NCBI GenBank assembly: GCA_958009085.1
Contig: OY253673.1
Location: forward strand, 1,478,630-1,498,471
Source of the DNA: Protoeuglena noctilucae
Lineage: Eukaryota
DNA length: 19,842 nt
Direction of reading: 5' to 3'
The translations under genes and the position numbers were made by a program. Numbering within the stretch: the first letter of the stretch is position 1; each line of letters starts with the position of its first letter. The notes beneath the pieces were generated by a model. It was not told where the DNA came from. It was given only the letters and a program-made list of their open reading frames with translations, and searched no databases. Below are positions 7,519 to 19,579 of the stretch, in pieces.

Positions 7519-10500
7519 CTATTGCCGAACGCGCATTGCATTCCCTTCCCGCTCACATGTCCGGTGAGTCCCAGCCTCCCCATCCTTCCCCGCCCCCTTC
7601 CCCGTTGCTGCCGGCGCGTTCTCCTTGTCGCCCCCCCCTCCCCGCGGGGACGCAGGCGCCGAGGCTGACGACGGGCGAGGGGGGGCGGGACGCGCATCCG
7701 AGGGGCGAGGCGGGGCGCGGGGCGCGGGGGCGACCCCGGGTGCGGCCGCGGCGGTCTGGGTCTGCCCTGCGCTGCCCGCCCCCTCGTCCCTGCCCCTCGC
7801 GGCGCCTGGCCCACCCCTGCCGGCCGCCGACCCCAGCCGCCCTGCGCCCCTCCCCGCACTCGTCGACCGCGCCGCCCCCCCAGCACCCCCGCCCCTCCCC
7901 GACCCATCCGTGCTGCGCGACCGCAGCCCCGTGGCCTTTGAGACGTCCCGCGACGCACCCAGCGCGTGCGAGCGCAGGGCACGCCCACGCCCCACGCCCG
8001 CCTCTGCCGCGTCGACCTCCCCGGAGTCCGAGGCGTCCACGCTGTGCGACCGCAGCGATCGCGCGGAGGCAGCCCTGCCGCGCGATGGCCCCGCGGGCCA
8101 TGCGGACCCCCGCAGGGACTGGGCAGGTCCCCGCCCGTCACCTGCCTCGCGTTCACCCTTGTCCCCCACCGCATCGCCAGCCCTGGCCGCCGTGAAGACA
8201 GTCACGCGCGGGGCCGCACCCCCCATCCGGCTCTCCGCCTGGTCCCCCGCCTCTGCGGAGCCAGTGCTGGTGGCCTGCGACGACTGCGCCAGGCTGGGCA
8301 GCGTGAAGACCGACCGGCGGGGGTGGGCCGAGGGATGAGGCTCGTCCTCAGCGGCTGGGGGCGCCTCCGCCCCACTGCCCCCGCTCCTGCCCCCGCTGAC
8401 CATGGACGGCACGCTCTCCGCCTCATCATGACCTGCGCCGACCGCCGGCACTTCCTGCGCGACGGGACCCGCAGAGTCCCGGGCGCCATGGGCGGTGCTG
8501 AGGACCGCTGGAGTGGCCGCGCCGCCCATGCCCGCCCCCAGGCCCGGCGTGGGAAGCGCCGTCTGCGACGCGGCTGCCGCAGCGCGTTGGGCCGGGGTGT
8601 AAGGCAGGCCCGGGCTGAGCAAACTCGCGTCCTCCTGCACGCGGGGCGAGTGGGGACGTCGTTGGCGGTGGTTGGGGGCGCATTGGTTGTTGGCCGTGGC
8701 ACGGCAAGCAAAGGTGCATCGATCGCCGCCCAGCTTCACCTGACGCGCTGCCTTTGCCGCGTGCTCTCCCGCGCCCCCTGGCATCCGGCGCCCCTCCGGT
8801 CCTGGCGATGGCGACGCGAGCTCTCCACCGCCGTGCCGCACGGTGCCCCAGTGCTTGACGGCGTTGGACACTCCCCGCCAGTCGACGCCGGGGGCCGCCT
8901 GGGCAGCGCCGGCGGGGGCCTGCGCCAGGGCGGACCGCGCCAGCACGCGCGGCATCTGACGGGTGGCTGCAACGCCGCCCCCCGGCGCCTCCACGGCCTC
9001 CAGGGAGTCAAACACGCCGGGGGTGGAAGGGGGCGAGGGGCGGGGGCTGGACGAGGCGGCGGGGGCGGCCTGGGGGGAGGACACCGGAGTCGCGGGCGAG
9101 GCAGGGGCCCTCTCGGGGCTCGCTGGCGCGGACGCAGGGGCGACCAAACCGTGGGCAGCTTCGGATGCCCCAAGGCCGGGGCTTGTGGCGGCATCGAGGG
9201 CGGTGCGCCTGGCCTTGGTCCGGCGCTCGAGTGCCTGCGGGGGAAAGCAAGCCAATTGCTGTGAGATGCAGCTGACAGCAAGACCGCGCCTCTGGTGCAA
9301 CCTGACCACCCGCCAAACGTTCACAGGTAAACAGCAAAACAAAGCTCGGGTCGCCCCTCACCCGCACCCGGGCCTGCATGCCCGCGTACGTCCTCTCCAG
9401 CACCGCGTTCCGCGCCCTCAGCGCCTCCGCCTCGGCCCGCGCCTCCTCCGGCGATGCGCAGCGGTCAACGCTCGCCGACCGCCCCCGCTCCCTCTCACGC
9501 TCCCTCTCCCTCTCCCGCCGCGTCGCTGCCACCGCTGCCGACTTGAGCCGTGCGACCTCCGCCTCCCGCAGCGTTAGCCGCTGACGCAGCGCCTGGACGT
9601 CCGCCGCCTCCGCCCGCGCCGCATCCACCGCCGCGGACGCCGAGGCCAGCTCCCGCCGCAGGCGCGAGATCTGCGGACGAGCCAGGGTTGTTGGCGTCAC
9701 CTGACGCGTTCTCGTTCTCGCGATCGCCGCCCCCCATACACCGCCCTCACGCACCTCCTTCTCCCGCGCCTGGCACTGCGCCGCCAGCACCGCCACGTCG
9801 GGGGAGTGGCTTCGCCTCCCCGCCGCCTTCTGGGCCCGCGTCAGCGCGTCACGCAGCCTCCCCGCCTCCTGCCGCGCCACGTCGAGCTGCTCCTCCAGCT
9901 CCGCCACGCGGCGCTCGGACGCGTGCCGCTGCGCGTGGGCCCCCTGCAGCCACGGCGACGGGGGACACGCATGGGCTGCGTGCTTACATCAGTTAACGCA
10001 TCGTCATCCATGCCCCTGCCCCTCCCTCACCCGCGCCTCCTCCTCCGCCCTCTCCAGTGCTGCGCGGATCTCCGGCAGGTCACGCTCCCGCTGCTCCACC
10101 AGCGCCGCGTGCGCCTGGCGCAGGGCAGCGGCCAGCTCCTCCGCTCGCGCGTGCTGCCGCCGCGCCCGGGCCCTCCACTCCTCGGCGGAACGGACCCTCT
10201 CCCCTCCCGCGTCCGGCCCCCCGCTCTCAGGGGTGTCATGCACCCCGCCCTTGTCTACAGCCAGCGCCGCTTCCAGCTCCGCCACCCGCGCCTCCCGCAA
10301 GTGCACCGCCGCCTCCAGGGCGCGGCGCCTCGCCCTCAGCTCCCGCACCTCCCCCAACGCCTGCCTGGCCTGGGCCTCCCCCTCGCGCACCTGCTCCCGG
10401 AGGCCCTGTGCCTCGGACGCCGCCGCCCGCTGCCTCGCCTCCGCCGCCTGCAGCTGTGACCGCAGCTCCTCCGCGCCGGCCACCGCCGAGGCCAGGCGCC

Positions 10501-13500
10501 CCTCTCCTTCTGCCACTTGCGACCGCAGCGCCTCCACGCACGCCTCCGCCTCCTCGGCACGCGCGCGGCAGGCGTCCTCCCCCGCCCGCGCCTCCCTCGC
10601 CCGCTGCTCCTCCTCTGCCACGCGCGCCTCCAGCAGCGACGCCCGCGACTCGCGCTCCTCTACACCCCCCCGCAGCGCCTCCACCTCGGCCGCCAAATCA
10701 ACCGCACGCGCGCTCGCGTCCCTGGCCTCGACCCGCAACGCCTCTGCCTCGGCGCGAGCGGACTTGGCCGAAGCCTCCGCTGCGTCTGCCGCCTCCGTCA
10801 GCGCCTCCGCCGCCGCCGTGGTCCTTGCGATCGATGCCCGTGCCTCCGACAGCTCCGCGGCGAGCCTGTCATGCCCTGCCCTCGCCTCCTCCAGCTCAAC
10901 GGCAAGACGCTGGCGATCCGCTCGCGCGTGCTCGAGGTCGGCAGCCAGCTTGTCGTGCCCTGCTCTGGCATCCTCCAGCGCTGCCATCGTCTCTCCCAGC
11001 TGAGCTGCCGACCGGTCGCGGTCTGCCCTCGCCTCGTCGAGCTCGGCAGCCACCCGGTCCCGACCCTCCTGCAGGACCAGCAGCTCACAGCGCAGGGCCT
11101 CCACCTCTGCCGATTGCGCGTCCCGGGCCGAGACCGCCGCATCCCGGTTCGCCATCAGAGCGGCATGCTCTGCGCTCAGAGCACGCAGCCTGGCCGTCGT
11201 CGCATCCCTCTCCTCGGCGAGCTGCCTGGCGCGCTCGTTTGCCTCGCTCGCCATCTCCCGCATCCGCTGGTCCCTCGCCAGCACCTCCTCCCGCATGCGC
11301 GCCTCCAGGCCAGCCGCAGCGTCCATCGCCGCCTGCCACTCGCCCCGCTCCTGCGCCCACCGGCTCTCCAGGGTCAAGCACATGTCCCGTGCGGCGTCCC
11401 TTTCCTCCCTGGCAAGCGCTGCGGCCTCCTCGGCGTCTGCCGCGCGACGCCTGACCTCGTCGAGCAGCGCGCAGAGGCCACGAATCGCCTCCTGCGCCGC
11501 CTCCGCGCACCCATCCACATCGCCTCCCACATCGTCGGCGTCCCCAGCCCCCTCACGCGCTGCAGCCGCGGCCACCCGCACCCGCATCAGCGCCGACCGG
11601 GCCACCTCCAAGCGGCCTTCCAGGTCCGCGATGGTGGCGTCGCGGGCGCGGAAGGCCTCCTCGATGGCACGGGCCTGGGCATCCAGAGAGGACACCGCCC
11701 CACGCAGGCGGCCGCGCTCGCGGGACAGCTCGGCGTCACGCTCGGCGATGCAGGCGCGAGCAGAGAGGACTTCTCCCTCCCTCTCGGCCAGAGCTGCGCG
11801 CGCCTGCTCCAGGCTCGCGCCCATCTCCCGCACCTCGCCCTCCCTCTCGGCCACCACCCTCTCCGCCACCCGTGCATCCTCCTCAATTCGGCTTTTCTCC
11901 TCCTCAGTAACGCCCAATGCAGCCAACGCCCTCGCCAACTCCGCCTCCCTGTCCCTCAGAAGCTCCGCCGCAGCAGTCGCCGTCTCCTGCAGCTCGGCCA
12001 CCTCCCTCTCGCGCTCTGCCAGGGACGCCAAAGCTTCCCGGAGTCGCGCTTGCACCTCGCCCAGCATCTGGTCGTCCTCTGCCACTGCAGCAGCCTCCCT
12101 CGCTTGTGCTGCAGCCGCTGCATCCCTTGCGCCATCCAGCTCTGACGCCAGCTGCGCCGACCGCGCCTCAGCAGCAGCCGCGGCCTCGCTCGCCCTCTCT
12201 AGCTCCCTCCTCGCCCCCTGCAGCTCCGACGCCAGCTGCGCCGACCGCGCCTCAGCAGCAGCCGCCGCCTCAGCTGCCGCCTCCCTCGCGCCATCCAGCT
12301 CCGACGCCAGCTCTGCCGACCGCGCCTCAGCCGCAGCCGCCGCCTCCCTCGCGCCATCCAGCTCCGACGCCAACTCTGCCGACCGCGCCTCAGCCGCAGC
12401 CGCCGCCTCCCTCGCGCCATCCAGCTCCGACGCCAACTCTGCCGACCGCGCCTCAGCCGCAGCCGCTGCCGCAGCAGCCGCCTCCCTCGCCCCCTCCAGC
12501 TCCGACGCCAGCTGCACCGACCGCGCCTCTGCTGCAGCCGCCGCCTCCCTCGCGCCATCCAGCTCCGACGCCAACTCTGCCGACCGCGCCTCAGCCGCAG
12601 CCGCTGCCGCAGCAGCCGCCTCCCTCGCCCCCTCCAGCTCCGACGCCAGCTGCACCGACCGCGCCTCTGCTGCAGCCGCCGCCTCAGCTGCCGCCTCCCT
12701 CGCGCCATCCAGCTCCGACGCCAGCTCTGCCGACCGCGCCTCAGCCGCAGCAGCTGCCGCAGTGGCGGCCTCCAGCTCCGACGCCAGCTGCATGGACCGC
12801 GCCTCAGCCGCAGCCGCCGCCTCCCTCGCCCCCTCCAGCTCCGACGCAAGCTGCACCGACCGCGCCTCAGCCGCAGCCACCGCATCCCTCGAGCCCTTCA
12901 GCTCTGACGCCAGCCCTGCCGACCGTGCCTCAGCCGCTGCCTCCCTCGCCCCCTCCAGCTCCGATGCCAGCCTTGCCAACCGCGTGTCAGCAGCAGCAGC
13001 AGCAGCAGCCTCCTTTGCGCTCTCCAGCTCTGATGCCAGATGCACCGACCGTGCCTTAGCCGCAGCCGCTGCCTCCCTCGCCCCCTCCAGCTCTGACGCC
13101 AGCCCTGCCGACCGTGCCTCAGCCGCTGCCTCCCTCGCCCCCTCCAGCTCCGACGCCAGCTGCACCGACCGCGCCTCTGCTGGAGCCGCTGCCGCAGTGG
13201 CCATTTCCAGCTCTGTCTTCGCCTTTTGCAGAGCGGTCTCTCGATCCCTTGCCTCCTCCGCGGCCTCTTCCAGCCGTCGCCGCAGCTCAGCCGCCCCTGC
13301 CTCAGCCGAGTCAATGGCAGCGCGCAGACGCTCCACCTCCCGCCCCGATGCATCCGCAGCACGCACTGCCGCCTCCACCTCTTCCACACGGGCACGCACC
13401 TCCCCCCGCAGCCGCTCCACCTCCTCCGCCAGCACGTCGGCGTCCAAGACGTCCCCACCCCCCGTCTCCGTCGCCGCATCTGCCGTGCGGGGCAGCAAAG

Positions 13501-16500
13501 CACCGCTGTCCCGGCCGTGACTCTGTGCCTGTCCGCCCAGGGCTGCCAGTCGAACAGCGGCAATGGCGTGGGCAGCGCGATCCACCGCCCACTCCAACGC
13601 CCCGGCCTCGCCGTCGCGTTGGGCCTCCAGCAAAGGGACGGGGGCTTGCAGAGGTGCCCCTGGCACATGCACCAGCCCTGCCCCTACATCGCCGTCCCCA
13701 CGGCAGCCGCGGGCGTCCAGCTCAGCCGCCAGGTCCGCGAGTTGCTGCTGCAGGGCCAGGGCGAGGCGCACGTGCTGCCTCCTCTCCTCCTCCTGGCATC
13801 TGCGAAAAAGGCAGTGCCAGGCCGTCGTCACGCGCCCCGGCCTTTCAAGGACCATTGCCACATGCTGCTTCTCCACCCCGGTCTCACCGAAGGGTCTCCA
13901 GCTGTCCCCCCACCGAGTCCAGCCGTGCCTCCATGTCCCGAGCGCAGGCCTCGGCCTCCGCTTTGGCCTCCTCGGCCGCAGACGCGCGTCCCAAGGCCGC
14001 AAGCAGGGACGCGAGGCGGTCCTCGGCGACCTCCTCCGCGGCCCGTGCACGCTGCTCCGCGTCTGCCACCGCCGCCCGCATCGCCTCGACGTCCCCCACC
14101 GCACGCGCCGCCTCCGCCTGCAGCCGTGCCACCTCTGCCAGAGCCGCTGCCTCCCGCGCCCCCCACGCCTCGGCTGCCGCGGCTGCCCGCTCCCGCGACG
14201 CCCTCGCCTGCGCCCGGCACTCCTCCGCCAGGGCGTCACGCTCACGGGCCAGCGCGGCACTCTGCTGCCGCGTGGCCTCCCACCTCTCCCGCGCGTACTC
14301 GAGCTCCTCAGCCGCGCGCCTCGCAGCCTCCTCGGCACCCCGCAGCGCCTCCCGCGCCGCGTCCCGCTCCTCCCGCAAACGCCTCGCCTCCCCATGCGCC
14401 GCGTCCCGCTCCTCACGCAGGCGCCCCGCCTCCGCCTCCGCCTCCGCTACGGCGTCCTCCTGGCCCCGCAGCTGCGCCCGCAGCCCCTCGGCGTCCTCCC
14501 CGTGCGCTGCGTGCGGCCTTGCTCCCTTGGCCTCCCGCTCCCCCGCCTCCTCCCGCGTGGACGCCGCCCACGACGCCTCCTCTGCCACCTGCCCCTCCGC
14601 CTCGTCTCCGGCTGATGCCCATGCCAACAGCTTCTCCTCCAGGAACGCGATGTACCCCCGCGCCTCCTCCAGCTCCTCCCACCCCTCCCCAGCCTGGCAT
14701 GCCCGGTCCTCGCGCCCCCCGACATCTTCTTCTGTGTCGCCCGGTCCATCCCATGACCGCTCCCCTCCCTCCGCAAGTGCGAAGGAAAGGCTCGCCTCCG
14801 CATCGCCGCCCACTTGGGCAGCGGGGGCGCGGGAGCGCGACCGCCGACGCGCTCGCAGTTGCGCCAGGGCCTGCAGGGAGCCAAGGAACACAGGTCAAGA
14901 GCACAAGTACGGGATGTGTGTGCTGCGCCATGCCAGCAAGGTGACGCCTCACGCACCTGGCTCCTCCCCGGAAGGCTCGACCCAGCAACTTCTGCGCCCG
15001 GCTCTGCAGCTGCAGTCGGCGTCGCAGCCGTCTCTCCCGCTGCATTCAGCTGCGCCTTGAGGGCGCCGATGCGCGCGGTAGCCCTGGCGAGCGCACTGCG
15101 ACTCTCCTCCAGCTCTGCCGCCAGCTTGTCGCGCTCCCCCCGCGCCGCACTGCGAGGGAACGACCACAGCTGCGCTCGCGTTGAGGCAGTCGTGCCTGCG
15201 TCCGTGCGCGGCACCCTTCCCCCTGCTCGCCTGAGAGCGCGGCCCCGCTCGTCCGTCTCGCTGCGCATCTCGACCACCGCCTCTTCCAGGGCTCTCAGCC
15301 CCTCCTCCGCCGCCCGCTGCCCGTCCTCCGCCTCCGCTGCCCGCGCCTCTGCCGACGCCAAGGCCCTCCGCAGCTGCTCCGCCAGCCTCGCCCGCAGCGC
15401 CCCCTCCCCCTCCGCCGCCGCCGCCCCTGCCCGCCGCAGCTCCGCGACCTCCTGCCGCAGGGCTGCCAGCTCGGCCTCATGCGCCGCCGTCTCCTCCTCC
15501 AGCGCCGCTGCTGAGCTGGCCGCCGCCGCCCTCTCCTCCTCACGCGCAGACAGCAAGGCCAGCTCCCCCTCCACCCGCGCCTCCTCCGCCTCCGCCCGTG
15601 CCGCGGCCGCCTCGGCCCTCGCCGCCTCGCACGCCTGCCGCCACGTCCCCGCCTCCTTCGCCCACCGCTCCGCTGCTGCCTGCGCCTCGTCCGCCTTGGC
15701 ACGCCACGCGTCGGCAGACCGCGCCTGGTGCTCCTGGAGCCGCCTCACAGACTCGGCGTGTTGGTCCATGCTCGCCTGCCCGTCCTCCCCGTCCCCGACG
15801 CACGACTCGTGCCGCCCCTCGCACGGCTCCACGGTGCTTGCCGACCTCGTCCCAGGAGCAGACCGTGCCATGCGGTCCGGCCACAGACGCACGGTGGTGT
15901 GCAGGGCGCCGTCTCGTGCGGGGGACGCGGAACCCGAGCGTGGAGGCGAGGGGCGGCGCGCGGGAGAGGACGGGCCGCTGGTGGCCCGCAGGAGGGCCCC
16001 GTGCACCTGCAGGCACGTGGGGAGGGACCAGCGCATGGGCACCCGACACCGAGGCGCCTGGCTGCACGGCCAGCGCATGTGCCGCGCCCTTGCACTCACG
16101 AGCTTGAGCGCCACCTCCTGATCGCGTGCCACGCCCTTCGCCCGCTCTGCGTCCCGCACCATGGCCTCCCGCAGTCCCCGCTCGCGCACCACCTGGGCCT
16201 CCTTGTCCGCCAGGGCCTCCCGGGCTGCCGCCAGCTCCGACCCCAGCCGCCTTGCCAGGGCCTCTGCGAGGGACGGTCAAGCGAGTCGTCGGCTGCGGCA
16301 GCGGCGGGCGGGAGGGCGCGTTTGGGCGACCGCGGGGCGCCGCCCTCGCACCCTGCTCATCGGCGTGCTTGGCCAGGACGGTGCCGTGGCCGCTCAGGGC
16401 TTGGAAACGTTCACGCAACGCCGAGAGCTCCGCCTCCAGGGACTTGCTGCGGTGGCGCTCCTCCTCGCGCGCTCGCTGGTGCTCCTCCGTCTCAGCTGCG

Positions 16501-17850
16501 AGCGCGGGTGCGGGCGCGTCAGGTTGGAGGGCCTGGCCGGGCCAGTCAGGACAGCGCCGGTTGGCAAGAGCGCCCCAATCTGCGCACCTTGCAGTCCCTC
16601 CATGTCGGCGATGAGGGCATGCAGCTCGCGCTCCATGTCGTCGATGCGCTCCCGGTGCTGGCGCTCCGCCGCAGCCGCCGCTTCTCGCGACAGCCGGACC
16701 TGCGCCGACAAGGGCCAGGTCATGTGCAGAGAAGGAGATCGGTGGCCCCGGCCTTGCCCCGTCCATGTCTACCCCCACCTCCTCGTCCCGGGCTCCCAGC
16801 TCCGCCTGGGCCACCAGCGCCTGCGCACGTGCATCCTCCGCCGCTCGAGCTGCCGCGGCGGCGTCTGCCCGCGCCTCGGCCAGCGTCTCCTCGAGCTCCG
16901 CGCACCGCCCTGCCAGGCTCGATTCGGATGCTGTCGCGGCGTCCCTCGCACGCAACGCCTGCGACGCACGCCCGGGCCACCAGCCGCTCTTGCCACGCCG
17001 AGCCCAGCACTGCACCGCCTTCGCTTAAACGACACTTGCATCTCTCACCTCATTCAGTCGCTCGCGCAGCGCGTCTGCCCCTGCCCGGGCCGCCGCCGCC
17101 TCCCCCTCCCGCTCTGCCGCGCGCGACTCGGCTGCCCGGCACGCCTGGGCCAGACGCGATGCCTCCTGCTTGGCCTCGCCCAGCGCAGCCCGGTCCTCGG
17201 CCGCGCGCTCTCGCAGTTCCGCCAGCTGAGACTCGGCAGCATCCTGGCGCGCGCGGGCCTCGGCCAGGGCGGACCGGGCCTCGTCCCGCTGCGGGTGGGG
17301 AGCAGCTCGTGGGCCGCGCTCTCGGCAGGGAAGCATGACGCGTACGACGGCACTGATTCGCTGCGGGGCGTGCGCTGCGGGAGGCCACGATGTGCGGGGG
17401 CGTTGTCCAGCCCACGCACCTCGGCCCGGATGGCACCCACCACCCGCGCGTAGTCCCGCTGCTGCTCGTCCCGGTCCTCCCGCTCCTTGACCAGGAGCGC
17501 GCGGAGGTCCCCTGACGCCGCGGTCTCCGCGCGAAGGCGCAACGACAGCTGCTCCACCTCATCAACCTGCGCCGGGGCCGCGGGCGCCGCGTTCGGGCCG
17601 TGCGACAGAGAGGCAGGACGCCGAGCGTCGCGGTCGGCGCCAAACCCGGCGAGCCACGGCGCCGAGATTTGAAAAGACAGCCGTGAAGCGCGGGCAGGGC
17701 CGCCCAGCCCGCGCGGTCTCGTTCCATCCTGCTTCACAGCCCCCGCAGGCATCGGTGGAAGCATCACGCACTCACTTTCTTCTGAAGGAGACGCTTCGCC
17801 CGGGCGTACCTCTCCGCGAGGTCGCCGGGCTCTCCAGACGAGACGTTCAT
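7519..17850 (-). CDS. Giant Ala/Glu/Arg-rich coiled-coil protein (about 2,960 aa) with internal 21-aa repeats and a disordered Ser/Pro/Gly/Ala-rich C-terminal tail; function unknown
   Basis: Inferred exons (minus strand): 17850-17776, 17566-17420, 17288-17049, 16958-16779, 16699-16588, 16495-16352, 16263-16100, 16006-15231, 15149-14957, 14870-13888, 13799-10031, 9943-9755, 9670-9368, 9234-8740, 8634-7519. Total 8886 nt, one continuous frame (MNVSSGEPGDLAERYARAKRLLQKK/VDEVEQLSLRL...). Fourteen introns of 79-209 nt (13 GT-AG, 1 GC-AG) join heptad-patterned helical segments. In-frame introns (e.g. 16099-16007, 15230-15150, 9754-9671, 8739-8635) are less certain, and the donor at 9367 has an in-frame alternative at 9361. 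Confidence 0.8.
12107..13177 (-). repeat. Coding minisatellite: 16 units, consensus EARSA/V-E/Q-LASEL-D/E-GAREAAAAA (63-bp core)
   Basis: Units read from the 10004..14416 ORF are 19-28 aa long (mostly 21 or 25) and vary mainly in poly-Ala length. Includes an exact 138-bp tandem duplication (copies starting 12403 and 12541). Confidence 0.95.
15150..15230 (-). other. Probable GC-AG intron (coiled-coil gene)
   Basis: CAG|GCGAGC ... ttccctcgcag; 81 nt, in frame; removal restores an uninterrupted helical pattern. Confidence 0.6.
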
Positions 17851-19579
17851 CGCGACGCCCGGATGGCCGCCGCGGTGGGGCCCGCGGGCGGCTGCGCAGC
17901 CGGAATATGGAGGGACGTGGAGGCGCGCAGGGCAGACACCTCCCCAGCCTCACTTGCCAAGCGACTGGCGTTGCGCTTCTGGCTTCCGACGAGCGGCTGG
18001 AGAAACACGGGGCGCGGAGGGCTTCTTGCCAGAACGGACGCAGCTCTTTGCGCGGCAGTCGTGCTTCTGTGTGTGTTGGAGGCTCAAGGAATCGGCGATG
18101 AGGTTCGACCGTGTTGCGGGCACCAGGCGGGCGCCGAGCGGAGCTGAAGGGCGAGGCGATGATGGCGTCAGCTGATGACTTGTATGCAGCTTTCGACACG
18201 GGGGGCGGCTGTGCCTCCGGGGCGTAGCGAGCGTCACGAGTGCTTGGAGACGCGCTGCTGGCTGGATATGTTGGCGCCACGGCGTTCGCGGTGAATCGTG
18301 AGCTGCTACAACATCACATGCCGCTTAGTGCGCGCGTCGCGGGGCTCATCAGGCCCGTGCCTGGCGCCTGCACGCTTTGCGACCACCAGCGGCGCCCAGG
18401 CGCAGGCGCCCAGGCGCAGCGCTCCTTGATTGCTACCCGGAGCTTCGCCGGCAGGCACGCCGGTTGCTGATGGCCGGTGGTGGTCATGGCGAGGCGCTGC
18501 GGCGCTTTTTAGCCTCGTGTTGCTGCCGGGTATGCACGTTTGGGCGGGTCCCACAGCGGGGGCGCTCTGGGGTTGGCGGGGCGGCGCCCCCGCTGCAGGG
18601 TGAGTCCCGCGCGTTCTGGATCGGGAAGCCGAGTGCATCGGACGTCGCGATAGCAGCAATGGTCGTGCGCTGGCAGCAATGCTTGGCTGCTGGGATGTGT
18701 GAAGCGTGGCGGGGCGGGCATGTCGAGGGACCACGGGTGGGCAGCCGCTAGGGTGACAGCAGCTCAAAAGCAGGGCGTTATATGGCACGGAGGCGGCTTT
18801 GTATTGCTTGGCTCAGGCCAGCGTCAAGGGGGCGGGATCATAGCCAGCGTTGCTGTCGATGAGCAATCCAGTGGATGGGCTGCCCGAGTCCAGGCTTGGC
18901 AGAGGCTTGGTGGGAGAGGTGCCGTGATGGTGCTGCGCTTCCGTCGCAGCTGTGCGCGGTCTGCTGCAGGGGGCTGGGCCGTTGCAGCAGCGCACAGATT
19001 GGGGCGGTGGGGGTTCATGGAGCGTTGATGCGGTGCGGCGCGTGGGCGATGCATCGTGCTATGCAGCCAGGTGGAGGCGTATGTGGCTGCATCCGAGTAG
19101 GGGTCGGCAAGTGCTGTGGGCAGGTGAGCTGCGGCACCCATTGTGAGCCATGGCTGCGCCAGACGCTGTGCTGACTTGCTGGCGAGGCCGACATGTCAGC
19201 CTCTGTGTCAGCATGTGGAGGGGACGAGGGCGCACTCACCAGGAGCACGATGGCTTCACCTGATCGGGGCGTACGTGCTGGGCGTGCCGGAGCGTGCGCT
19301 CGCGATGGGTCGGCGAAGCGTGGGGAGGTTGCCAGCATTGAGGGCGTCAGTGACCTTCCGTGAAGCTGCGTGGAAGGCAGCAACGTACGTTAGGGGCCTT
19401 GCTCCACCTGTTGCTTACCAGGTGAGGGTGGCTGCGACGTGTGCGTGTTGCGAGACCTCGTGGACTGCTGTGGGGCAGTAGGCTGGCTTTGAAATGTGAG
19501 GTGGGTGCTTTCGCAAACAAGTGTGGTAGGCGTCTGCGTCAGCTGCAGTCGCTGCTCAGGGGAGCTGCGATGGGCGCGG

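Noticed and set aside
5059..7521. TAA/TAG-to-Gln reassignment as in some ulvophytes
   Set aside because: All three genes end at TAG, at the expected C-termini for the two known families, and none of the spliced segments I read needs an internal TAR codon.
12107..13177. CRISPR-like regular repeats
   Set aside because: No unique spacers; in-frame coding minisatellite in a eukaryotic gene.
10057..17453. Many long + strand ORFs (e.g. 11295..13520, 13114..15060, 10517..12145, 15728..17338)
   Set aside because: Antisense shadows of a GC-rich Ala/Glu/Arg coding strand; low-complexity Ser/Ala/Pro/Arg products with no domain signal.
17054..18280. 408-aa minus ORF as the N-terminus of the coiled-coil gene
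   Set aside because: GTG start and non-helical composition; the ATG 17850 exon with a GTGAGT donor at 17775 splices in frame to 17566 and fits better.
18240..19481. Small subtelomeric ORFs
   Set aside because: No recognisable protein and no consistent exon chain.
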